From the IMG/VR virus record IMGVR_UViG_3300042544_003937, positions 1,325 through 65,324 of that record: a stretch of DNA of 64,000 nt. One strand, 5' to 3'. The DNA comes from a virus. Its lineage: Duplodnaviria; Caudoviricetes. Below, piece after piece: positions 31,659-43,400 of the stretch (its first letter is position 1; every line of letters starts with the position of its first letter). Made by a program: the position numbers and the translations under genes. The notes beneath the pieces are model-generated. The model made no database searches, had not been told where the DNA came from, and saw only the letters and a program-made list of their open reading frames with translations.

Positions 31659-31688
31659 AAAAAAATGACTTTTGGAATTAAATATATA
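31659..31688 (+). promoter_or_regulatory. Putative late promoter: A7-TGAC-N11-AATATATA
   Basis: Same arrangement and spacing at 55773-55802; a variant at 51975-52002. Confidence 0.5.
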
Positions 31689-31772
31689 ATTAATAAAGAG
31701 ATAAAAAAATTTAATATATAGTTTTATAATTGTTATCTTAAACAATTAAATAAAAAATAATATAACTTAGTT

Positions 31773-32423
31773 ATGGCAGGAGGATTACCACATTTTTCTA
31801 ATATTCTTGTTACAGGTCAGCAAGCAGGTCCAGGTGCAGAACCACAGGAACCGTTCTACACAAACCTTTTTGAGGTTACAGTAAACTTACCAGTAGCATT
31901 GCAACAATACAGCGGTCAACAATTATTGTTGATTCAACAAGCTACTAAGATGGGTTCGTCTTTGGCACTTTCTGAAAAAATCGAGGTGAAAGAACAAAGA
32001 TATAAAACATCAACAAGAGCTTTCGCAACAATGCCTTCAAAAACACACATTGAATTTAATATTGGTTTTAACGTGAATGTTAATACTAATTCTAATGTTG
32101 AAGTTTGGAACGTATTGAAAGCATGGTATGATTTAGTTTATAACTTCAATACAGGTACGATGAACTATAAGAGAGACATGATTGGAACAGTTATTCTCGA
32201 TATGCACGACAAAAGAGGTGTTGTTCTAAGAAGAATCACTTATAATAATGCTCAGCTCTTAGCAGTTTCTGGATGGACTGAACCAGATTGGTCAAGTTCT
32301 GAGATTCACTCATTACAAGCTGACTTTGTAGCAGATTACTGGACAGATGAATATATTGATGATATCAACGGAACTAATGGTAATGTACCTAATGGAGTTC
32401 TTCCTTATACAGTTTACCCTTAA
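31773..32423 (+). CDS. Tail tube protein (T4 gp19-like)
   Basis: NLFEV, W..LKAWYD.V, YKRD, F.ADYW motifs; 216 aa. Confidence 0.85.
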   Translation: MAGGLPHFSNILVTGQQAGPGAEPQEPFYTNLFEVTVNLPVALQQYSGQQLLLIQQATKMGSSLALSEKIEVKEQRYKTSTRAFATMPSKTHIEFNIGFNVNVNTNSNVEVWNVLKAWYDLVYNFNTGTMNYKRDMIGTVILDMHDKRGVVLRRITYNNAQLLAVSGWTEPDWSSSEIHSLQADFVADYWTDEYIDDINGTNGNVPNGVLPYTVYP

Positions 32424-32430
32424 AAATATT

Positions 32431-32463
32431 AAAACCCAATCTTTTAAGATTGGGTTTTTTTTT
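32431..32463. terminator. Bidirectional intrinsic terminator
   Basis: AAAACCCAATCTTTTAAGATTGGGTTTTTT. Confidence 0.85.
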
Positions 32464-32713
32464 ATCTTTTAAATTTACTTGCCATATTGCTCATATTATT
32501 CATGTAGGAAGATGGATTAAAGTTTGGCATACTTGATCCCTGTTCGTCTTCCTGCCTCTTTTTTTGTTTTTCTTCTTCATCAGTCAACTGGTTAACTATT
32601 TTGATGTTCTCTTCTAGTAACCAATAAGGCCAATCATCAATAGCCCATTCTTGTAGATGATAGTTTTTCTGTAAAAGAAGTTTATTCTTCAATAAACTGT
32701 TCAAATGCGTCAT
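32462..32713 (-). CDS. Baseplate hub assembly protein (T4 gp51-like)
   Basis: Small ORF overlapping the end of the gp26-like gene; LLLQKNYH...IDDWPYW pattern. Confidence 0.65.
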   Translation of the reverse strand: MTHLNSLLKNKLLLQKNYHLQEWAIDDWPYWLLEENIKIVNQLTDEEEKQKKRQEDEQGSSMPNFNPSSYMNNMSNMASKFKR

Positions 32714-33632
32714 GAACAACGAAAAGAGCTGACGGTCCGTTGGGAAATATCATGTCGGTGTGCACCTCCAAATTACACACCCCACAATTCTTCTTCAATT
32801 TTTGTATACCATAAGTCATCTTTTCAACAGCTGAATTCAAAAACTGAAATGAAATATCATCTAGTTTCTCATATTCTGTCAATTTTGCCTTGATTCCTTC
32901 AATTGTGATAGATGATCTATCAACCAATAAGAAAGGTATGATTTTCAAAAATGAAAGATTAGGCTTTCTTTTTTCGTTATTTTCCTTAATGATGTATTCA
33001 GTAAAGCTTTTTTGAAGACCAATTGTTGGTGGTGCTAAATGAAACGTTCTTCCGTTTTTAATTGTAAATCTAAATGAAAGTGTTGCAGGATCAAAAAATT
33101 TCTCAATTTTCTCAGGTGTTTCATAGTTTCTGAAATTGATCCTTTTAAGTTCTAAATTCACTTCCGATCCACAAGAACAAACCGAATTTGTAGTTAGTGA
33201 ACTACCCTGTTGAAATGTTAGTTCTCTGATTAAGAAAATCAAATAAAATCTATCCGGATCTTTCAATTCCAAATAAGATCCAACTCTTCCATCTACATAT
33301 TTAATTCTTACACAAGAAGCCAACATATCATTCATCTTCTCAACGATGTCATAAAAATTATTATCATCAACCATAGAGTATGCTTGAATCTCTTTAACTT
33401 GCGCTGGTCTTACTTGAATAGTTGTACCCGGTGGATAGAATATTCCACAAGGAAATTCTTTGATATCAAATGCAAAATATTGAAGATCCGATACCCTTGT
33501 ATTATCAATTGTAACTTTAGGCTGATTGAAAGTTTGAGTTTGTTGTGTGTTATTTTTCCCTTCAAGTCCTTCTAAGTGTCTTTTCAAATATTCCTCTTCT
33601 GATAAGTTTTGTTTATTTTCTGACATATTCAT
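32682..33632 (-). CDS. Baseplate hub subunit or assembly chaperone (T4 gp26-like)
   Basis: VRPAQVKE, DRFYLIFLIRELT, CSCG and CGVC metal-binding motifs; followed by a gp51-like gene. Confidence 0.75.
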   Translation of the reverse strand: MNMSENKQNLSEEEYLKRHLEGLEGKNNTQQTQTFNQPKVTIDNTRVSDLQYFAFDIKEFPCGIFYPPGTTIQVRPAQVKEIQAYSMVDDNNFYDIVEKMNDMLASCVRIKYVDGRVGSYLELKDPDRFYLIFLIRELTFQQGSSLTTNSVCSCGSEVNLELKRINFRNYETPEKIEKFFDPATLSFRFTIKNGRTFHLAPPTIGLQKSFTEYIIKENNEKRKPNLSFLKIIPFLLVDRSSITIEGIKAKLTEYEKLDDISFQFLNSAVEKMTYGIQKLKKNCGVCNLEVHTDMIFPNGPSALFVVHDAFEQFIEE

Positions 33633-33694
33633 ACGTTATTTTTATTTAATATATATTCTATATTTAGGTGCCCCTCGAAAATTTTTAAAATTTT

Positions 33695-34087
33695 TCATAT
33701 TGAGTGTAAACCCATTCCATCATTCGAAGATTCTATAGAAATCAATCTTATATTGTGCTCAGAATCTCCCTTCTTTTTGTATAACTCGTTATATCCACGA
33801 GCCGTTCCCCTCTTAAATATTTCTGTGAAATAAGCAAAAGCATTATCAGACTTCTCATCATTAAAATTGTGCCAACCAGAAAACATATCTAATAATCCTG
33901 TTTGATAACAATCTTTTCTGTCGTCCTCATTATAATAACGCATCTTTTTGATGGTTTTCTTGGCTAATATTTCAAGCATGAGTTTTGCTTTAGGTGTGAG
34001 TTTTCCAAGATGTTTGCTTATAACTATTTCAGAAAATAGATCTTTATTTTGTAAATACAATTTTGAAAAGTTATTTTTTTTATTCAT
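33695..34087 (-). CDS. Late-transcription sigma factor (T4 gp55-like)
   Basis: YLQNKDL, NFN.EKS.NAFAYFTEI motifs. Confidence 0.85.
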   Translation of the reverse strand: MNKKNNFSKLYLQNKDLFSEIVISKHLGKLTPKAKLMLEILAKKTIKKMRYYNEDDRKDCYQTGLLDMFSGWHNFNDEKSDNAFAYFTEIFKRGTARGYNELYKKKGDSEHNIRLISIESSNDGMGLHSI

Positions 34088-34151
34088 GTTTTGAATCCAT
34101 GAATTTCATGTTATATATATTTCAAAATATTTTGTTTATACAATAAATAAA

Positions 34152-35858
34152 TTATTTTGGATTTAAGATCCATTTTTTATTACCAGCATTATACAACTTA
34201 AAATGACCCATTTCTTCCATTATCTGACTTTCTGACTTACTCATATCAGCACCTAACTTTTTTAATTTGTCTTTTCTCCAGTTAAACCTGTGTTGTCTTG
34301 TGCCATTGATGACCCACCAGTATCCAGGTTTTGAAGTGTGTTGGTAAGTAAATCCCAATTTTTGATATAAGTCACCAGAAGAAATTAAATTATCAGAATA
34401 CGTTTGTATTTCTATTGGTTTATAATTTTCTATAAAATACTTCAAAATTTTTGAAGCGGATCCAACAATAACATGAAAATTCAAATTACAAAATCTTGTC
34501 AATTCCCAATAATCTTTCTTATTCTTACCACCAAGTGGTAGTCTAAGTTTAGAAAAGGTCATCAATGAAACTAATTTATCTTCAAAATAAAGACCAATTC
34601 TAACTGATGATTTGCAATCACCTTGAAAATGATTATCCTCTAAAAATCTTTTAGATATTTTTGAATCAACTTCTTTTATGGAACACTTTCTTGCCCAAAT
34701 TCTCTTAGAAGTTGCAAGTTTGTTTAACACGAAAGATTCGCAAATTTCTCGTTTTATGCTCCAGTCGTCCTCCCAAATATTCACAAGTTTAATCTCCTTT
34801 TCTTCACAAAGTTTAAATTTATTTAAATGATAGTCACTTTTTTTAAATTTTTCAGAGTGCCAATAAACACCATTAAACTCGAAGGCTAAATTTAATTCGG
34901 GTAAAAAAATATCAATTTCATAAGGAGAAATTATATTTTTGTTATTTTGTAAAATTTCTCCTTGATAGTTACTTTTTATGAAGTTATATAATTCTATTTG
35001 TGAAATTGAGATATTCTCGGAGATGGGAAAACAATTGGTACAAATGCTTATATTGCTGTTTCTTCTAAAATAAAATTGTTGTGTGTTAATTAAGAACTCT
35101 GAGTTACAATCCGGGCATTTAAATATTAAATTTGTAGTTTCGGTTTTATCAAATTTGACAAATTCAAATTTCGTATCTTGTATTTTTTCTAAAATTCTTT
35201 TTCTGTAACTTTCATAAAACTTTTCAATAGTTTTATCATGTATCTCTTTGCTTTTCCAAGGGTGATCAACTCCATATCTTTCTAAACTTGTTTTCTTGTA
35301 ATTTACTTTATAACTTTCGATATTGGACTTAAATGATTCTATTCTTTTTTGAATTAATTCTTCTGATTTATTCGGATTGTCAACTCCCCAATTTTTTTGA
35401 AGTGTTTGTTTAGATTTTTCTTGAATTTCTTCAGAACACATTGGTGAATTTGCCCCCCATTTTTCATTATTAGTTTTAATCATTTTATTTTTAACTAATT
35501 GAGATTGGGCAGGTGCTTTTGTTCCAAATTTTTCAAATGATTTATTTTCTTTTAATTTCTTAATTTCAGGGTCGGAAGAAATACATTTATTTGAACAATA
35601 TTTCAAATAACCTATTGTCGAATTTCTGAACTTAACTTTGTTATTACAATTTAAATTATTACAGTTTGGAACAGAATGAATATTATTCAAAAAAAGAAAA
35701 ACTCTTTCCTTGAAGGGAATTTCAGAAAGTTCATTTTTATCACTGAAGTCTTTTATTGATTCATAATGATCGGGAAAATTTTTGATTATATAACTTTCTT
35801 TTGACATCTTCCCACTAGGATCTTCCTTCTTGAAATCTTCATAGTTAAGCTCTTGCAT
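34152..35858 (-). CDS. Hef-like homing endonuclease 1
   Basis: [YW]G[VA][DN][NH]P repeats, CxxC, EIDIFLPELNLAFEFNGVYWHS, IWEDDW, C-terminal ELTRFC...GSASK..Y.D...G.LY..LGF. Confidence 0.8.
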   Translation of the reverse strand: MQELNYEDFKKEDPSGKMSKESYIIKNFPDHYESIKDFSDKNELSEIPFKERVFLFLNNIHSVPNCNNLNCNNKVKFRNSTIGYLKYCSNKCISSDPEIKKLKENKSFEKFGTKAPAQSQLVKNKMIKTNNEKWGANSPMCSEEIQEKSKQTLQKNWGVDNPNKSEELIQKRIESFKSNIESYKVNYKKTSLERYGVDHPWKSKEIHDKTIEKFYESYRKRILEKIQDTKFEFVKFDKTETTNLIFKCPDCNSEFLINTQQFYFRRNSNISICTNCFPISENISISQIELYNFIKSNYQGEILQNNKNIISPYEIDIFLPELNLAFEFNGVYWHSEKFKKSDYHLNKFKLCEEKEIKLVNIWEDDWSIKREICESFVLNKLATSKRIWARKCSIKEVDSKISKRFLEDNHFQGDCKSSVRIGLYFEDKLVSLMTFSKLRLPLGGKNKKDYWELTRFCNLNFHVIVGSASKILKYFIENYKPIEIQTYSDNLISSGDLYQKLGFTYQHTSKPGYWWVINGTRQHRFNWRKDKLKKLGADMSKSESQIMEEMGHFKLYNAGNKKWILNPK

Positions 35859-35896
35859 TCTAAATATGTATCTGTTTTTCCTATTTCTATATAAAA

Positions 35897-35926
35897 AAAA
35901 GAAGAAGTTTTTCAACTTCTTCTTTT
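35897..35926. terminator. Intrinsic terminator downstream of the tail sheath gene
   Basis: AAAAGAAGAAGTT-TTTC-AACTTCTTCTTTT. Confidence 0.75.
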
Positions 35927-35947
35927 ACTTCCTTTTAAGATTTAATC

Positions 35948-38900
35948 TTATGGGATGATAAAACCACCTGCTTGAATAGCTCCTGTTCTAAGAACAGTGA
36001 TATTGTTTACAATGATTCCCATTCCCTTAATTGGTTCGACATAAGTGTCCAACACACCAATCTGATTATCAATTATCTCATTTGTATTATTTTCTTCATC
36101 ACACTTGTTGAAATAATTATATAAACCATTTTTATTTACATATTTATCACAAATGATATCTGCTCTCAACTTGATTTCGGCTCTCACATCAGGAGTATTG
36201 AATCTCCATTGGAAGTCTAACAACATTGATGATAACTCTCTTTCAAGTTCGATAAGAACCTCTCTAACGTGAATATAAGAAAGAGCTGATTTGTAAAGAG
36301 TTTGAGCTGTATTTTCAGTTTCGATAACATAACCTCTATTACGTTTGAATACAATTGGATTCATTTGAGCTCCATTCAAATTCTCAATATCTTCTAATGA
36401 GAAGTTTGTTTCAATACCCGCAATATTAACAATTCTACCGTTAGTAACACCCGCAGCGATTGTCCAAGGAACGATTGAGCTTGCATTTGAATTTAATTTT
36501 CTCAAATATGTGTTAGCTACAAACATAGCTGGTGGAACGTCTGTTGGTCTTCCGTTATCATTTACAATAAGGTATGGAGTGAAATATCCAACACTTGAAA
36601 CACCTCTACCATCACCAAATGAATATAAGAAAGCTGGACTTGATTCTGGATCACCACCTTGTGCTATAAATGATGTTTGAACAACACCTTCAGAATCTAC
36701 AAATGATGGTGAAGTTGAATTCTTGAAAGATTTCATAGAAGGCATATTCAAGAAACCAAAACAATCTAATCTGTCACCACAAAGATCAACTAACTGTTGT
36801 TTAGATCTCTCGGTTAAACCAAGACCAAATGTGTCAACAACATATCTGAAGTCGATAGCTTCTTTATTTGTTAATGCTTTTGCCAAAGTTGTTCCTTTTG
36901 CGATCAAATTAAGAATTGCAGTTTGTCTTGCTTCTGTTCCATCAGGCATTGAAGCTTCTCTCATTCTAAATCCTCTCAATGAAATACCTTTATATGTTGA
37001 AACATAATCTTCAATTGAAGTATATCTCATTGTTTGAAGGTCTGTTCCAACTGCATATTTTTCAATAGCAGCATCACATGTGATTTCAACAAGAGTTGTG
37101 TCAGCTGCATATGATCTTTTAGAAAGAATTCTTGTAAGATTTCTTGGTTTTTCACCAGCGACTGGAGTTGTATCAACTTGAGCCTCTAAGAAATCACCAA
37201 CTTTAACTTCTGTATATCTTGAACCTTTAACCAAAATCTTATTAGCAACTTGTGTATAACCTGCTGGTTGCTCGATTTCGATAGTTTGTTTGTAATTTAG
37301 TTTATTAGACCACACTTCAAATTGAGAATCATTTGTAATATCAATTTGTTCTGATGTAGCTAAAGATGAATCTGTGAAATCGACAAATAGATTTTCTGAA
37401 GAATCTAAATACATTTTAAGATAATGTTTCTTATCAGCATCCCAAATGAATTTAACATTTGATAAATCTTCATTTACAACGTCAACACCATCTGTTTTAT
37501 AGATCTCATAAGGTCCTGGAACATAATAAGTAGCTGTAATTGGGTCAATTAGATCGGTTACTACTACTGGATTTGCTGATGTCAATTGTATTGCTGCTAG
37601 ATTAAATGTAGAACTAGGTACATAAATCTTCTTAGTATCATCAACATCAGTTCCTGTTGTAACAATAACATAACTGAATGTTCCTTCATTTTGGAATACA
37701 AGTCTCACTGGAGATGTTGGATCCAAAAGGTTACCGTGGAAATAATCAGCTGTATTGATTTGACCATTATAGAAATCTTGGTAGAATCCTGAATATTTAG
37801 CAACAACACCAGATGCTGTTGGTACACCAACTGTGTTTTTAGTTTCTAAACCAACCTCGCCAAGAGTCAACTCATTGTCAATTTTGTAGAATACTAAGTT
37901 ACCTGCTAAAATATCAGAAGGAGTTGCAGTCAATCCCAATGCAAGTGTGAAACTCTTATCTGATGTTGTTGAATTTTGAGATGTTGTGACAGAAGAATTT
38001 TCTAAAGAGAATTTTTCTTGAGAGTTTAGGTCTCTAATCATAGTTCCTTTCAAAGCATCAACAGATTCGAAGTAGTTAAACATCTTATTGAATAACCTAA
38101 CTCTTCTATATTTTTCATAATTTTTAGAAGTAATTGATCCTGAAGTAGCGGTGAATCCAACTTTTATTGTACCGGCTGTTGTTTGTGTAATTGAATAATC
38201 AGTTCCTAAAACTAATGGATTATAACCAGTTGTATTTACACCTATATGTGTTACTGCAATACTACTTGTCACAAAATATCCACCTGATGCACTAAACCCT
38301 AAATAACTCAAAACTAAGTCTTCGTTTGAAGATGGTGAAGGGAATGTATTTGCAACAGTGCTGTGGGCAACTTCAATGTTACCGGTTGTTGCATTAAGAT
38401 AAGCAACAGAATAGTAACTTTGTGTTGTCGCAGTTGTTGAATACTGTGAAGAAGCAAAAGAAAAAGTATATGTGTTTGGAACACCATCATTCACTAATAC
38501 TTTGGTTCCGTTTGTGATGAAATAAGCTTCGGATGTTGTCAAACCACCGCCAATTGTAGCAGTTGTTACATCATACCCAAAAGTGATGGATGTCGTTGTT
38601 CCAATGAATAAACTAGCACTGTATCCAACTCCATTGATATATTCTTCGTGGAAGAATGCTGATCTATCTTCTCCACCCCATACATTTTGCATAAGTGTTG
38701 AAACAGATGCACCTAAAGCAAAAACATTTTGACCATCTGAACCACCTGGAATATCTAATGGTGTTGCTTCATATCCTTTAAATTCAATAAGATTTGCATT
38801 ATAAGATAGGAAATCAACAGTTGTGATTCCCTGGTCAACTAATCCGTCGGTTGTTACGAGGTTGTTACCAATAAGGTCAACCATCAAAGATGGATAATCT

Positions 38901-39796
38901 TTTTCAAATTTATCCATATTGAATGCGCAGAAAAGACCAGTTCTGTCAGTATCATTATTAACGATTGTTTCGATGAAAATATTTCTACCATTCAAATCTC
39001 TGAAGAATGGAATAAGTGAAAGTCCTTCATAATAAGCAAGAAGATTAACACCTCTGTCGTTAACAAAGTCTCTCAATTTATTTTTATCGATACCAGTAGA
39101 AGTGAAATATTGTGACCATCTTGGATCAACACTTAATTGTGAATAATTTGTCCAATCACCACCAACTGCTACTAAGTCGATCATATATTCTGATGCGTAA
39201 TCTAATTGATTCACATAAAGTGGAACTTTTTCAGCTGATCCGTAGAAGTCTAAAAGAGGTCTATTATAACCAGTCAATCTAGTTTTGAATGCGAAAATAG
39301 TCACATATCTATCTGACATATTTGTGAAGTGTAGAAGTCTGTCATCATCACCAAGATCGTTTGTTACTAAATTTGTGAATGATTCAGTGTCTCTTTTCCA
39401 GAAACCTGTTGTGTCGAAAAATCTTCTATATGCACCTTCTCTTGTGATGTCATTTGATTTGTCACTTCTGGTAGAAAAAGATTTATATTCAATTTTATCA
39501 AGTGTATCTGAAGTTGAAAGAAGATTCATCACATATACTTGGTTTGATTCAAGTAGTTTCGCAACTGTTCTGTGAAGAAAAGATCCTTTTCTTTCAAGAG
39601 TTCTATCAAGTGGACCGAAAATTCTTTCTAAATCAGCAAGTGTTTGAACTAATACAGGTGTATTAACGGGACCTTTTTTAGAAAAACCCGCAACAAAAGT
39701 TGAAGTTCCAGTAACCGTTGGACTGGTTATTATGGAATTATCGAATTCTTCTATGAAGATACCTGGGCGTTTGTATTTACCAATTTGAATTGCCAT
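35948..39796 (-). CDS. Tail sheath protein (T4 gp18-like) with large insertion domains
   Basis: N-terminal RPGIFIEEFD and GFSKKGPVNTP; C-terminal MNPI, SALSYIHVREVL, CDEENNT..IID, VEPIKGM. Confidence 0.95.
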   Translation of the reverse strand: MAIQIGKYKRPGIFIEEFDNSIITSPTVTGTSTFVAGFSKKGPVNTPVLVQTLADLERIFGPLDRTLERKGSFLHRTVAKLLESNQVYVMNLLSTSDTLDKIEYKSFSTRSDKSNDITREGAYRRFFDTTGFWKRDTESFTNLVTNDLGDDDRLLHFTNMSDRYVTIFAFKTRLTGYNRPLLDFYGSAEKVPLYVNQLDYASEYMIDLVAVGGDWTNYSQLSVDPRWSQYFTSTGIDKNKLRDFVNDRGVNLLAYYEGLSLIPFFRDLNGRNIFIETIVNNDTDRTGLFCAFNMDKFEKDYPSLMVDLIGNNLVTTDGLVDQGITTVDFLSYNANLIEFKGYEATPLDIPGGSDGQNVFALGASVSTLMQNVWGGEDRSAFFHEEYINGVGYSASLFIGTTTSITFGYDVTTATIGGGLTTSEAYFITNGTKVLVNDGVPNTYTFSFASSQYSTTATTQSYYSVAYLNATTGNIEVAHSTVANTFPSPSSNEDLVLSYLGFSASGGYFVTSSIAVTHIGVNTTGYNPLVLGTDYSITQTTAGTIKVGFTATSGSITSKNYEKYRRVRLFNKMFNYFESVDALKGTMIRDLNSQEKFSLENSSVTTSQNSTTSDKSFTLALGLTATPSDILAGNLVFYKIDNELTLGEVGLETKNTVGVPTASGVVAKYSGFYQDFYNGQINTADYFHGNLLDPTSPVRLVFQNEGTFSYVIVTTGTDVDDTKKIYVPSSTFNLAAIQLTSANPVVVTDLIDPITATYYVPGPYEIYKTDGVDVVNEDLSNVKFIWDADKKHYLKMYLDSSENLFVDFTDSSLATSEQIDITNDSQFEVWSNKLNYKQTIEIEQPAGYTQVANKILVKGSRYTEVKVGDFLEAQVDTTPVAGEKPRNLTRILSKRSYAADTTLVEITCDAAIEKYAVGTDLQTMRYTSIEDYVSTYKGISLRGFRMREASMPDGTEARQTAILNLIAKGTTLAKALTNKEAIDFRYVVDTFGLGLTERSKQQLVDLCGDRLDCFGFLNMPSMKSFKNSTSPSFVDSEGVVQTSFIAQGGDPESSPAFLYSFGDGRGVSSVGYFTPYLIVNDNGRPTDVPPAMFVANTYLRKLNSNASSIVPWTIAAGVTNGRIVNIAGIETNFSLEDIENLNGAQMNPIVFKRNRGYVIETENTAQTLYKSALSYIHVREVLIELERELSSMLLDFQWRFNTPDVRAEIKLRADIICDKYVNKNGLYNYFNKCDEENNTNEIIDNQIGVLDTYVEPIKGMGIIVNNITVLRTGAIQAGGFIIP

Positions 39797-39854
39797 ATTT
39801 TTTTAGATAATTTTTTATTTATTATATATATAAAAACCAAAAACCATATTTTTC

Positions 39855-40496
39855 TCATTTTTCTGGTTTAGTTTCTTCTGATGACTTAACTTTTTGGGCT
39901 TCTCTTTCCCTTTTCACGTCTAAAATTCCTTTCTGCAGTTCTTTATTCATCAGATTCAATTTGTCTTTTGCGTCTTTTTCAAGTTTTTTAACTTCTTCAC
40001 CCAATCTACTTATATCTTTTTGTTTATCTTTCAGTTTTTCTATATCTTGAGTAACTTCTTTTTGTGATAATTCGGACGTATCAGGATCTGTATTACTCGA
40101 TTCTTCAGCTATTTCCCTTTTTAATTTATCAATCTGTTTTTCTAGTTTTCGAATCTCTCTCTTCTTTTTTGATAAATTAGCCCATATTCCTAATAAAGGG
40201 TTTGGAAACTCTGTTTTAGGTTTTTTTCCAGACTTTAAGGTATCGACAAATAACTTCACGTTAGCTTGATCATTCGCATTTATCTTTTTGAAAAAATTCG
40301 ACAATCGAAGATTCAAATCTTTGGGATCTTTTGCGACTATATAAATATTCTCAATTTCTGGTTTGAATTTCTTGAAATCATTAATATCTTTCTCTAGGTC
40401 ATTTAGTCTGTTTACAGTTGAATCTTCTTCGGCTGTATCAGTTGGTTGAGGTATTATTTTCTCTAAAATAAAATCTTTATATTTTAATATTCTCAT
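39855..40496 (-). CDS. Coiled-coil protein with N-terminal MRILKYKDFILE tag
   Basis: Start set at ATG 40496, just after the stop of the upstream gene. Confidence 0.7.
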   Translation of the reverse strand: MRILKYKDFILEKIIPQPTDTAEEDSTVNRLNDLEKDINDFKKFKPEIENIYIVAKDPKDLNLRLSNFFKKINANDQANVKLFVDTLKSGKKPKTEFPNPLLGIWANLSKKKREIRKLEKQIDKLKREIAEESSNTDPDTSELSQKEVTQDIEKLKDKQKDISRLGEEVKKLEKDAKDKLNLMNKELQKGILDVKREREAQKVKSSEETKPEK

Positions 40497-40497
40497 C

Positions 40498-43400
40498 TTA
40501 TTTATTGGTATCTGCATATGAAGAAAGAACATTACTTAGGGTATCTATATCTTTCGATAATAAATTTGGATTTCCTAAAACAATTTTCTCCACATTTGTT
40601 TTATCTTTATTTTTAACTAATATTTGAATCGATTCAAAGTCGATTTCTAAGTCTTCAACGGTGCCTACCTTATTTGATCCAATTACTTTACCTTCTTGTA
40701 TCTTAGTTTTTGCTGTTCCTCTGATATCAATAGAATCTCCCATTTTAATTGCGCCTAAGAATAAATCTTTGCCTATCTCAAATTTCATTTTCTCATTTTC
40801 TTGGAATGATTTTAAGTCCTCTTTTTCATTCTTTAGATAAGTTGAGATTATGCTCTCTTTATCGCCTTTCTCTGATTTATTATATTTAATCCAAACTTTA
40901 TCTCCTTTGGACTGATAAACATACCCAATGAGATATAAAGGTTTTTTATTTTCGAAATATTTTATTTTGAAAAAACAATCTTCATATTTTTTGAAAAAGT
41001 CAAAAGCTGTTTTACCAAAACTACTATTTTTGAAATTCGGATGACCGATTGGGAAAAAAGAAACTTGACCTTCTTCACCGTCACCACCACTTTTCAAAGA
41101 ATTATTAAAGTTGTAATTATCATATCCCGAGTTGAGTTGTTTCTTATCTTTCTCATCCTTTATAACATCAACACCACCAAACCATTCTTTCATGATTTTT
41201 CTTCGAGAAGATTCGAATCCTCCTTCTGGGTTTATCATTTCATTTATAAAGTCAAAAAGGCTTCTTCCAACTTTAATTTCTCTTCTTGTACTATCAGAAT
41301 CACCTCTTTCAGCAGTTTTACCAGATCCTTCTACTGCACCTTGATAAATAAATTTTGCATTTTGTAGAATCTCCTTATACTTATTGTCTTCTAACATTTC
41401 AGTTACTTTATCTTGCCAAGCATTGAAAATCATTTTAATTGCATAAGGGCCCTCACCTGGTGTTGATTGTTCACCAGACCATTGACCGCCACGACCATCT
41501 TTTCCTCCTATGTACTTATATTCTCTGAATGTTTTAAGAGAAACACGACCACCTGGTCTACCCGATGGAATATAATCAGTTGCATATAATCTATATGCTC
41601 TTCCGAAAGCATTTACGATTCTCATCACATAATCTTTATGTGTTGAATTTCTATTTACATCTATATTAAATTCTTTTGATAAAGAAGCGTCTGTTTCCTT
41701 TCCTAACTCATCAATTTCCTTCTGTTCCTTTTTACTTATGATATACTTATCAACATCGCCTTTATCAAAAGATTTGTTCCAAGCATCTTTAACTCTGTCA
41801 TCTCCACCTCCTTCTTCTTCATCATCTTCTAATTCATCTTCTAATTCTTCGAACATTCTGAACTTCTCATAACCATATATGTCACTGAGTCTATTTTCAT
41901 TCTTACCTTTGTTCGTAACTTTTACCACACCTTTACCAACTCCGACTTTTTCTCCGGATTTCTTTTCATACTCAACTAAATCCGGATAGAGTTCTTTAAG
42001 GTATTCATATTCATTCAAAAATATTTTGATGTGATCACCCGCTAATCCATAAGCACTAGCCAACCCAACATCATCTTTGAATCCAAGTAATGTTCTTGCT
42101 AATAAAGAGATATGTTTAGCAACAGTTAAAATTTCAAGTTTTTCCTTGATTAGTTCAGCAAAAGAAATAGGTTTTCCGAGTGTTGCCTCATTTTTGACTA
42201 CTTCCTTTCCAATTAAAATCAATTTAGAATTATCGAATTCTTCATATTTAAACTTTCTTTTATCTGGGTCTGGAACAACAGTGCTAGTTTTAATTATTTC
42301 TTTTAATTCAGCAGATAGTTCTTTAAGATTAACATCTTTTTGATTATAAACCCTGAGAACTTTTTTCCAAGCCGCAACTGCTTGTTTTTCATCTTTATTT
42401 ATTATGTTTGTATTAGTTCTACCAACTGCTGGTGTTGTGAGTTCTTTATCAAATCCTGGTGTGTTTTTTGATATACCACCTACTCCTGGTTTAGTAGCAC
42501 CTGTTACTGGATTTAACTCTTCATTTAGTAAACTCACTCCAAATAATGAGAAATAAAAACTTTCGAAATCTTTTTCTTCAGTTGGTAGCATCTCCATCTC
42601 ATAAAAATGGTTTTCAAATTTGAAATCATTTTTCCAGAATGAAGCTGGTTGTTTTTCGGTCGAGTCTAATACTGGTTGTGTTACTCCACCTGCGGAGGGT
42701 TTTTTTTCTGTCTCTTTAGGAACCCATTTTAAATTTTTATAATTAGCTACGAAAGGTTTTGAAATTCCGTCAGATTTAATTCCCTTTGATATTTCTTCAG
42801 CAGTGTCGAATTTTCCATTTCCATTACAAACTTTACAAGTACGCTTTTCTACATCTTTTATTTTACCTCTAAGAACATCATTTTTTGCAACCAAATCTTT
42901 ATATTCCTTTGAGTTTTCTCCAAATTTCTTTTTGACTTCACTCTGAGCCATTCTCCATTTCTGTTTTGTCAGTTGTATATCAACTTCGCCAGTTCCTTCA
43001 CATTTCAAACAAGTTGTTGACACAACAAAAACATTACCATCTTTCAATACTCCGATGGACTTACTGAATTTACCATCGGGTCCGGATTGTAGTTCTTTTT
43101 CCGTTGATATTAACTTTACAGTAAAGGTTTTTTTAGTTCCTGGATTTGTGTATTGATAATTCTCACCTGGTGTCAATTTATGTTTACCCAACATATAAGC
43201 TTTCCCAGTATCTTCTCCTTCGATTATAACTCTCTTATTTGTAATTTGTTCTTCAAGTCCTATAATTGATTGAAAGAGTTTTTTAACAGATGTGTAAAAT
43301 TCGAATTGAGTTCTTGTGGCGTCCTCTTCTGTAATTTTTGTTTCATCTTTTTCTAATTTTTCACCTATTTCAACTGGCTCAATTTTATCATTTTTAACTA

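Noticed and set aside
31590-31745. Long N-terminal extensions given by the ORF track (also 43912-44121, 40497-40532, 35859-35915, 46764-46820)
   Set aside because: They run through AT-rich promoter or terminator DNA or opposite-strand genes; downstream ATGs fit the motifs better.
32682-32719. Programmed frameshift joining the gp26-like and gp51-like genes
   Set aside because: No clear slippery heptamer; an in-frame ATG exists at 32713 and such overlap is ordinary for this gene pair.
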